In this document: positions 16,035-22,682 of the stretch, piece by piece
How positions within the stretch are numbered: position 1 is the first letter of the stretch
Layout: each line of letters begins with the position of its first letter
DNA from: Leptospiraceae bacterium
GTDB lineage: Bacteria; Spirochaetota; Leptospiria; Leptospirales; Leptospiraceae
Direction of reading: 5' to 3'
Length of the DNA stretch: 22,682 nucleotides
Assembly (NCBI GenBank): GCA_035439285.1
Contig: DAORJX010000044.1
Span: forward strand, 1 to 22,682
Notes under the pieces: generated by a model
What the model saw: the letters and a program-made list of their open reading frames with translations, nothing else
Told to the model about the DNA's origin: nothing
Database searches by the model: none
Made by a program: the position numbers and the translations under genes

Positions 16035-17282
16035 TTATAAAATTGGAAATCGAACCCAAACACATACATCTTTCATATTGTTTTCTCGTCTCATATTATT
16101 GTCTGTCGTATAAAACGAAATACTCCCTTTGTGTAAATCAATAATTTTATTTACAACTGTCAAACCCAGACCAAATCGAAATGTTTCCTGCATGAATCTA
16201 TCATCTACAACATTAGTCAATCGAAAAAATGGTTCAAAGATTTTATGCGCATTACTCTCCGTTATCCCCACTGTTCCGTCTGAATTCTTGTAGGCGGGAT
16301 TCAGGATTCTGATTCCAAAATCCGTTTTATCATGTGAAAATAGAATATAGATTGTATCTCCATCTTCCGAGTATTTAATTGCATTTGTTAATAATTCATC
16401 AAAGACTAGCTTCAAATTTTCTGGGCTGGCAGTAATTGATCTTCCGGCTAGGTCTCTTGGAAAATCACCCATAACTATCTTCTGATTTTTAATTCCAGCA
16501 ACTGGTTTCATACCTTTTACCATTTCGGTTAATGCAGCATAGAAATCTTTCAGGGTTAATTTACCTGTATAAAAATCCTTTTCCGCTAATATGGCTTGTG
16601 TTTTAGTTAAACTATCACTTAGTTTTAGAATTTCATCGTAGTTGTCTTTTAATAGGTGATAAATTTTTTCATGAACTAAGTAAACTTTTTTCTCTTCATC
16701 CAATTTAGCTTTTGAAAATAAAATACTCAGTGTGCTAATAAGTGATCCGAGACCACTTCCATGGAAGAAGCTAATATTGATTTGGTGTATTAATTCATTT
16801 GCAAGAGATTCGACTTTTCTAGTATCAAGTTCTTTTCTCCAATCAAATACTTTAATCATGGATTCGAAAACTTGTTTCTCGTTTGATTTAAAATCAGAAA
16901 TCTTGGACATCACCTTTCCATAGGTAATCGCCTTTGTTATCGCAAAATGAAAATTGAATTTATAAATTGGGTAGGAGATAATATCATACACATGATAGTT
17001 TTCCATCATTTGTAGAAACTTGTCTCCTTCCTCTCGATTGATTAATAGAATAACCAATTGAAATGGATATTCTGAAAGAATAATTCCAAGATTTTTTTGA
17101 TTTTCACTACTCGTGTCAAGAAAATCATAAACGAGTAGCCATGTGTCATCTGATTTGAGATAACTTGTGAGATTATCCATATTATCCGCTACGTTGAAAG
17201 CGTAAGTAAGATCATCAACGTAGGTTTTCACCTGCTCTGTTATTTCTTTGTTTTGAGTATAGAGTAATATTTTATCAGACAT
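16035..17282 (-). CDS. Histidine-kinase-like ATPase protein with N-terminal pseudo-receiver domain (non-canonical DHp/H-box)
   Basis: The C-terminus has N-box FDELLTNAIKYS, an F-box-like FEPFFR and G2 box FGLGLTVVNKI. The N-terminal ~120 aa have a REC-like beta/alpha pattern (WLLVYDFLD) but lack the DD pair and the conserved Lys. The only H-box candidate is a HisKA_2/HWE-like ELIHQINISF. The start overlaps the cheB stop by 8 nt (ATGTCTGA), so it is translationally coupled within the che operon. Confidence 0.6.
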   Translation of the reverse strand: MSDKILLYTQNKEITEQVKTYVDDLTYAFNVADNMDNLTSYLKSDDTWLLVYDFLDTSSENQKNLGIILSEYPFQLVILLINREEGDKFLQMMENYHVYDIISYPIYKFNFHFAITKAITYGKVMSKISDFKSNEKQVFESMIKVFDWRKELDTRKVESLANELIHQINISFFHGSGLGSLISTLSILFSKAKLDEEKKVYLVHEKIYHLLKDNYDEILKLSDSLTKTQAILAEKDFYTGKLTLKDFYAALTEMVKGMKPVAGIKNQKIVMGDFPRDLAGRSITASPENLKLVFDELLTNAIKYSEDGDTIYILFSHDKTDFGIRILNPAYKNSDGTVGITESNAHKIFEPFFRLTNVVDDRFMQETFRFGLGLTVVNKIIDLHKGSISFYTTDNNMRRENNMKDVCVWVRFPIL

Positions 17283-18354
17283 ATTGTCCTGAGTAGTTTA
17301 AATAATTCTTTATCTTATTCACCATTTGAGAAAGAGGAAGTTGTTCTTCCACACCACCGATTTCGTAAGCAACTTTCGGCATTCCGTATATGAGTGCCGA
17401 CTGTTCACTTTCGCCAATGGTTCTCGATCCAGCTTCTCGCATTGCTAGTAACCCTTTTGCTCCGTCCATTCCCATGCCTGTCAAAATAACGCCAATTGTC
17501 TCACTGGCAAGTTTATTATCAACAATGGAATGAAATAGAACATCCACAGATGGTCTATGTCCATTGACTTTCTCGGCACGAGTTAAGCCAACCGTGTGAT
17601 TAATTCCATTTCTTTTATTTACCACTAAATGAAAGTCTCCTGGTGCAACGTAAATTCTTCCTGTCTGAATTATATCTTGATCTTTTGCTTCCCGCACATC
17701 AAGTCCGAAATCTTTAGAAACTCCCTTTGAAAAAGTAGCAGTAAATCCTGGCGGCATATGCTGAGTAATCACAATGCATGGAAAATCTCTAGGCACTGTA
17801 GATAGCACCTGACGTATTGCTGTCACTCCACCTGTTGATGCACCAATAGCAATAAGATTGTATTTACTCTTTCCATTTTTACCTGCCATCGGATTATTGA
17901 TGAGTGGCATGGATTTATATTTTAATTGCTTGAGCCATCTATCAATATTGATCGTAGATGCTGTTTTAATCTTTTGAATTAATTCTGCTTGCGTTGATTC
18001 GAGAGTAATCGCTCCACCATCTGGCTTTGTGACAAAGTCAACTGCACCATATTGCATTGCTAATATTGCTTTCTCTGAACCTTCCTCAGTTGTGCTACTG
18101 ACCATGATCACAGGGATTGGATACTGAGGCATAAGCTTTCGCAAAAATTCCACTCCATCCATGCGAGGCATTTCTACATCTAGAGTTAAAACATCGGGCT
18201 CTTTTTCTGGAATCAGCTCGCTTGCTTCAAAAGGATTTGATGCTTCTCCTACCACTTCAATGCGCGGATCGGTCGTTATCATTTTTCGAATAACATTTCG
18301 AACGACTCTTTGGTCGTCCACAATAAATACTTTAATTTTTTTGTTATTGTCCAT
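17275..18354 (-). CDS. cheB: Chemotaxis response regulator protein-glutamate methylesterase CheB
   Basis: N-terminal REC KVFIVDDQRVVR...DVLTLDVEMPRMDG. C-terminal CheB domain with GASTGG, ITQHMPPGFT, GMGMDGAKGL and IGESE. Confidence 0.9.
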   Translation of the reverse strand: MDNNKKIKVFIVDDQRVVRNVIRKMITTDPRIEVVGEASNPFEASELIPEKEPDVLTLDVEMPRMDGVEFLRKLMPQYPIPVIMVSSTTEEGSEKAILAMQYGAVDFVTKPDGGAITLESTQAELIQKIKTASTINIDRWLKQLKYKSMPLINNPMAGKNGKSKYNLIAIGASTGGVTAIRQVLSTVPRDFPCIVITQHMPPGFTATFSKGVSKDFGLDVREAKDQDIIQTGRIYVAPGDFHLVVNKRNGINHTVGLTRAEKVNGHRPSVDVLFHSIVDNKLASETIGVILTGMGMDGAKGLLAMREAGSRTIGESEQSALIYGMPKVAYEIGGVEEQLPLSQMVNKIKNYLNYSGQYV

Positions 18355-20224
18355 GTGCTGCTTCGGATTCTTTGTTTTCCTTGTAGTAATTATTAATAAA
18401 GAATCTAATGTCTAGAATCATTCCAATATTCCCACTTCCCAGGATTGTGCAACCTGAAAAGCCCTTTGTTCCTTTTAAATAATCCGGAATTGGCTTAATG
18501 ACAACCGATTGATTTCCTACAATTCCATCAAATACTAGTGCTAGCGAATTATTCTTATACTCCACAATAATTACATATAAAGAATTTTCGTAGTTAGAGT
18601 CCTTGTCACTTGAATCGTGATTGAGTAATCTCTCTACGGAGACAACGGGTATTAGCTGCTCTCGGAAGCGAATTACTTTTTTATCCTGATCGATATAGTC
18701 GATTTTCGATTCTGCCAAATTCAGTGTTTCTTTTACGTCTATTGTGGGGATAATATAGAATACCCCGTTGTAGATTACCACCATACCTTCAATGATAGCA
18801 ATTGTAAGAGGTAGCTTTAGAATGAAGGATGCTCCTTGGTCTTTCTTCGTCTTGATTTCAACATCGCCGTTGATCTTTGCTATATTTCTGCGAACTATAT
18901 CAAGTCCTACTCCGCGTCCTGAAATATCAGTTACTTTATCACTAGTCGAGAATCCAGGTTGAAAAATAAAATCCCAAATTCTTTCGTCTTTTAGATTTTC
19001 GTCTTCTCCTTCTTTGATTAATCCGCGAGCCATTGCTTTTTTTAAAATCCTGTCTCTATCTAAACCGGCACCGTCATCAGAAATAATAATCCAAACTTCA
19101 TTTCCTGAATGCATTGCTTCAATCTTGATATGTCCGGATTCTACTTTGCCTTTTGCTAATCTTTCTTTGCTAGTTTCCAATCCATGGTCGATACAATTGC
19201 GGATAATATGAACTAGTGGATCTGTTAATATTTCAAGGGCATTCTTATCAATTTCTGTTTCTTTTCCTGTAACTTGAAGACCCACTTTCTTTCCGGTTTT
19301 TTGTGCTAAGTCTCGAACAAGTCGTTCCATTTTATTAAATAAACCTTCGAGGGTAATCATCCTTAGCTGCAAGGATACTTCTTGTAGATTACGGACTACT
19401 TTACGTAAATAGGAAGATTGAATAGAAAAGTTCGGAAGATCTAGTTCTTTGATGTCTGGATTTTGAGTTACAAGAGATTCAGCTATCACTAGCTCACCAA
19501 TCATGTCTAGTAGGTAATCTAATTTCTCTGTTTCGATTCGAATGTCTCTTTTTACTGTAGCTTGTCCATTCGAATTACCGTTATTTGCCTCTATAGTATT
19601 TTGAATCTTTTTTTCTAAAACAGGATTTTCTTGCGTGGCTCTTTCTGTAATATGTTTATCTAACTTATCAGATTCGGAATTTTCCGGAGTAGGGGCAGGT
19701 TCATTCGAAACTGGCAACTCCTTATTATCCTCTTCTGTTATTGGAGTATCAGAAAGCACAATTTTCTTTTTGAAGATTCCAAACCTAGGCTCTTCTTTCT
19801 TTGGCTCTGAAGACTCTGCTTTTAGATTTTCTTTTATATAGAAGAGTCGGGGAATTAAAGTATCCGCCTTCTCTTTATACATTGTATCTGTTTTGTTTTC
19901 GTTTAAATTTGTGAATATTTCGTATAGAGTATCTCTTGCTTCCATGAAGAGCTGAATCATTTTTTGATCAAGAAGAGAATTGTCATTTCTTACAATCTCT
20001 AATAATGATTCTGCTGAATGCGATAGGTTTACTATCACATTGAAATTGAAAAATCCCGCATTTCCTTTCAGTGTATGGAAATAGCGGAATAATGAATTTA
20101 CCTTATCTGGGTCAACCGCTGACTCAGTTAAACTTTTTTCCAATTGGATCAGAATTGCTTCTGCTTTATCCAATATCTCTTGTGAATCAAGCACAAGGTC
20201 TGAAAGTTCATTTTCTCCAAGCAT
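18344..20224 (-). CDS. cheA: Chemotaxis histidine kinase CheA
   Basis: Hpt P1 motif FRYFHTLKGNAGF. Acidic/Pro-rich linker. Dimerisation domain, then HATPase LVHIIRNCIDHGLE, DDGAGLD, FQPGFSTS, GRGVGLDIV. C-terminal CheW-like domain. Confidence 0.9.
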   Translation of the reverse strand: MLGENELSDLVLDSQEILDKAEAILIQLEKSLTESAVDPDKVNSLFRYFHTLKGNAGFFNFNVIVNLSHSAESLLEIVRNDNSLLDQKMIQLFMEARDTLYEIFTNLNENKTDTMYKEKADTLIPRLFYIKENLKAESSEPKKEEPRFGIFKKKIVLSDTPITEEDNKELPVSNEPAPTPENSESDKLDKHITERATQENPVLEKKIQNTIEANNGNSNGQATVKRDIRIETEKLDYLLDMIGELVIAESLVTQNPDIKELDLPNFSIQSSYLRKVVRNLQEVSLQLRMITLEGLFNKMERLVRDLAQKTGKKVGLQVTGKETEIDKNALEILTDPLVHIIRNCIDHGLETSKERLAKGKVESGHIKIEAMHSGNEVWIIISDDGAGLDRDRILKKAMARGLIKEGEDENLKDERIWDFIFQPGFSTSDKVTDISGRGVGLDIVRRNIAKINGDVEIKTKKDQGASFILKLPLTIAIIEGMVVIYNGVFYIIPTIDVKETLNLAESKIDYIDQDKKVIRFREQLIPVVSVERLLNHDSSDKDSNYENSLYVIIVEYKNNSLALVFDGIVGNQSVVIKPIPDYLKGTKGFSGCTILGSGNIGMILDIRFFINNYYKENKESEAAHGQ

Positions 20225-20232
20225 TGTAGAAC

Positions 20233-20721
20233 CTAAGCAATTCCTTTTACATCTTTCTCATGAATAAACTTATTCAGGTCGATCAATATTTTCAATGTAT
20301 CGCCTGACTTTCCAATGGAATCGACGAATCGCTCCATATTTGCTTCTTCAAATCCTGGTGAGGGCTCAATACAATCTTTTGGAATTTTTAAAACTTCTTT
20401 GACTCCATCGACGATAAGCCCTGCACTTAGATTGTTAAAATTCATAATCAATATGCAGGTGAATTCGGTATAGTCTATCTTGGGTAAACCGAATCTTAGC
20501 CGCACATCAATGACGGGAATAATCTTCCCTCGAAGGTTGATTACTCCCTTAACATATTCTGGTAAGTTTGGAACAAAAGTCACAGGTTGAAACGCAATGA
20601 TTTCAATCAAGTAACGAATCTCTATACCATACTCTCTTCCATCGATGAAAAAGATGATATAGAGATCCTCCATAGTATCTTCAGATTCCTCTAATTGTTC
20701 TTCTTCAAATGTCGTTGCCAT
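20233..20721 (-). CDS. cheW: Chemotaxis coupling protein CheW
   Basis: 162 aa with the CheW fold signature YIIFFIDGREYGIEI...VKGVINLRGKIIPVIDVRLRFGL...AGLIVDGVKEVL. Confidence 0.9.
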   Translation of the reverse strand: MATTFEEEQLEESEDTMEDLYIIFFIDGREYGIEIRYLIEIIAFQPVTFVPNLPEYVKGVINLRGKIIPVIDVRLRFGLPKIDYTEFTCILIMNFNNLSAGLIVDGVKEVLKIPKDCIEPSPGFEEANMERFVDSIGKSGDTLKILIDLNKFIHEKDVKGIA

Positions 20722-20733
20722 ACACTTTACTCC

Positions 20734-22682
20734 TTACTTCAAATCAATTTTTTTCTTATTCGAGGATGACTGTTGCTCTCTCTTTCTGTCATCTTTTGAT
20801 TTCTTAATTTGAAATCTCTTCACCATTGCCTGGAACGCTTCTGCTTGGCTAGACAACTCAAGACTCGCTGCTGAGCTTTCTTCTGCTGTAGCTGCTGCAC
20901 TCATTGTCACCTGTGAAATCTGATTGATACCAGTTGTAGTCTCTACTACCGACGAAGACTGCTCAATCGAAGCACTCGCAATGTCTTTCACGAGATCTGT
21001 AACATCCACAACACCAGCTGTCATCTTATTTAATTCGTTTGCAGTTCTTCCTGCAATGTCCATACCAGAGCGAACTGTCTTAATCGATCCTTCAATCATC
21101 TTAGTAGTTTCTTTCGCAGCATTCGCACTACGAGAAGCGAGGTTACGCACTTCTTCTGCCACAACGTTGAAACCTTTTCCATGTTGACCCGCGCGTGCCG
21201 CTTCCACAGCAGCGTTTAATGCGAGAATGTTTGTCTGGAATGCGATTGCATCAATTTCTTTGATGATCTTTGCAATGTTTTCGGAAGTTTCACTGATTTC
21301 TTCCATCGCTTTGAGCATTCCCTTCATTTCGTTATTACTAGAAACTGCTTGGTCTTTCACGTTCATAGCCTGATCACTTGCGTCCTTCGCATTCTTCGCG
21401 TTATCCTTAGCTTTGAGTTCGATTACTGCCAGCGTTGAAGTAATCTCTTCTACGCTACTAGCTTGTTCGTTAGAACCTTGGGAGAGAGATTGGCTGGAGT
21501 CAGCCACTTGTCTAGAGCTAATGAGGATTTGATCCGAAGCATTGATGATTTCACCAATGAGCTCATTGAAGGAATCAACGATGAGAGTTAAGGCTTTTTT
21601 GATTTCCGTAAAATCTCCCATGAAGTCTTTCGTTACTTCGACGGTTAGGTCACCTGCTGACATAGAAGATAGAATTCTAGAAATCTCACCAACATATTCA
21701 TTAAGAGTCACTAAACTAGTATTTAGGGCAGTCTTGATAGTTGCATGATCTCCCTTGTAATCGCCCATCATTCTAGCTTGTAAATTTCCTTTCGATAGTT
21801 CAAGGAGAACTGCCGAAGCTTCTTGCACTGGAAGGATGACAGCGTCTAATGTGTTGTTTACCCCATCCACAATCTTACGGAAGTCACCTTGGTGTTTGGT
21901 CGCATCTGCACGAGTTGCAAGCTTACCATCAATAGCCGCTTTCGCAAGCATACCGGCATCAGCCACAAGTGCGTTTACGTTTTCAATACAACGGTTGAGG
22001 TTGTTCTTTAGAGTGTTAAAATCCCCATTATAAGTATCCGTAATTTGATTTGGAATTGCACCACGAGAAATTCTATCTACATAATCAGCGGCAACATTGA
22101 GAGGACCTATCACCGAGTCTAATGTCTGATTAACTCCTTCCACAATTCTACGATAGTCGCCCTGGTGTTTAGTCGCATCTGCACGTGTTGCAAGCTTACC
22201 ATCAATAGCTGCTTTCGCAAGCATACCGGCATCAGCCACGAGAGCATTTACATTATCAATCGCGTTGTTTAAGTTGTTTTTAATTGTGTTAAAGTCTCCA
22301 TTGTATGTATCCGTAATCTTAGTCGGAATAGCCCCACGAGAGATTTTGTCTACATAATCCGCGGCAACATTAAGAGGACCTATCACAGAGTCTAACGTCT
22401 GGTTAACCCCTTCTACAATCTTACGATAATCGCCTTGGTGTTTAGTAGCATCAGCGCGAGTTGCAAGCTTACCTTCTACTGCTGCTTTCGCAAGCATACC
22501 GGCATCAGCCACAAGTGAGTTTACATTATCAATCGCATTGTTTAGGTTGTTCTTAAGGACATTGAAGTCGCCATTGTATTGATCAGTGATTTTCGCAGGT
22601 ATTGCCCCACGAGAGATTTTGTCTACGTAATCCGCGGCAACATTAAGAGGACCTATCACAGAGTCTAACGTCTGGTTAACCC
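20734..22682 (-). CDS. Methyl-accepting chemotaxis protein, 5'-truncated by the window edge; poly-HAMP repeat array + MA signalling domain
   Basis: The C-terminal MCP signalling domain has the highly conserved tip [34 protein letters not shown] and Glx methylation-heptad regions. Upstream are at least 3.1 copies of a 91-aa repeat, each made of two HAMP-like units (G-x-I/L-P...D-x-x-GDF-x-x-L/I-x-x-N-x-N). The 'M' at 22659 in the ORF track is a GTG Val codon inside a repeat. The frame stays open to 22682 and continues ...VNQTLDS, so the gene extends beyond the window. Confidence 0.9.
   Translation of the reverse strand, partial: VNQTLDSVIGPLNVAADYVDKISRGAIPAKITDQYNGDFNVLKNNLNNAIDNVNSLVADAGMLAKAAVEGKLATRADATKHQGDYRKIVEGVNQTLDSVIGPLNVAADYVDKISRGAIPTKITDTYNGDFNTIKNNLNNAIDNVNALVADAGMLAKAAIDGKLATRADATKHQGDYRRIVEGVNQTLDSVIGPLNVAADYVDRISRGAIPNQITDTYNGDFNTLKNNLNRCIENVNALVADAGMLAKAAIDGKLATRADATKHQGDFRKIVDGVNNTLDAVILPVQEASAVLLELSKGNLQARMMGDYKGDHATIKTALNTSLVTLNEYVGEISRILSSMSAGDLTVEVTKDFMGDFTEIKKALTLIVDSFNELIGEIINASDQILISSRQVADSSQSLSQGSNEQASSVEEITSTLAVIELKAKDNAKNAKDASDQAMNVKDQAVSSNNEMKGMLKAMEEISETSENIAKIIKEIDAIAFQTNILALNAAVEAARAGQHGKGFNVVAEEVRNLASRSANAAKETTKMIEGSIKTVRSGMDIAGRTANELNKMTAGVVDVTDLVKDIASASIEQSSSVVETTTGINQISQVTMSAAATAEESSAASLELSSQAEAFQAMVKRFQIKKSKDDRKREQQSSSNKKKIDLK
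21838..22682. repeat. 273-bp in-frame tandem repeat (at least 3.1 copies, continues past window end) inside the MCP gene
   Basis: Unit boundaries 21838-22110, 22111-22383 and 22384-22656, with a partial fourth copy at 22657-22682. acctatcac recurs at 22105, 22378 and 22651, which is exactly 273 bp apart. The copies are near-identical at the DNA level by eye, encoding [12 protein letters not shown](K/R)ISRGAIP...TLD(S/A)V. Confidence 0.85.

Noticed and set aside
16732-16923. + strand 63-aa ORF
   Set aside because: Antisense within the HK-like che gene.
18161-19841. + strand ORFs 18161-18415, 19014-19211, 19635-19841
   Set aside because: Antisense within cheB/cheA. Ser/Ile-rich shadow frames.
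20924-22033. + strand ORFs 20924-21187, 21542-21748, 21836-22033
   Set aside because: Antisense to the MCP gene, whose Ala/Ser-rich coding strand generates open antisense frames.
22657-22659. Putative start codon of the MCP at 22659
   Set aside because: The codon is GTG encoding the conserved Val that ends each 91-aa repeat. The reading frame remains open to the window edge and continues the repeat (…VNQTLDS), so the gene is 5'-truncated, not starting here.
21838-22682. Possible CRISPR array suggested by regular repeats
   Set aside because: The repeat unit is 273 bp, with no spacers, in-frame within a coding sequence and near-identical throughout. It is a protein-coding tandem duplication, not a repeat-spacer array.
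1-22682. Search for tRNA, rRNA, transposase/integrase or phage structural genes
   Set aside because: No cloverleaf-compatible sequences, no rRNA-like conserved blocks and no DDE/tyrosine-recombinase motifs were seen in any long ORF.

Overview
This is a 22.7-kb, low-GC (roughly 35-40% by eye) bacterial chromosomal window. The gene content looks spirochaete-like (many cytoplasmic PAS hybrid histidine kinases, a che operon, BrnT/BrnA), possibly Leptospira-like; that assignment is inference only. There are no rRNA, tRNA, CRISPR or transposase genes. Left part: a small RHH-like ORF, a lipoprotein, a BrnT/BrnA toxin-antitoxin pair, and a 316-bp intergenic region with a symmetric array of six GCRGTYC-like heptamers at 12-bp phasing. 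It continues with a translationally coupled small membrane protein and sterol-desaturase-family enzyme pair, then a minus-strand cluster of a CXXCH (cytochrome c'-like) protein, a cytoplasmic triple-PAS hybrid histidine kinase and a hypothetical protein. Middle: an overlapping patatin-like phospholipase and PIG-L deacetylase pair, a GNAT-YoaP acetyltransferase, a HIBADH-family dehydrogenase, and a MASE1-PAS hybrid histidine kinase. Right ~10 kb: one minus-strand chemotaxis operon (5'-truncated poly-HAMP MCP with 273-bp in-frame tandem repeats, CheW, CheA, CheB, a pseudo-receiver/HATPase protein, CheY). Directly downstream and co-oriented lie an 830-aa bacterial homologue of eukaryotic major vault protein (MVP) and a small Cys-containing secreted-peptide ORF. 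The MVP homologue appended to a chemosensory operon is the most unusual element and the best candidate for an undescribed system.
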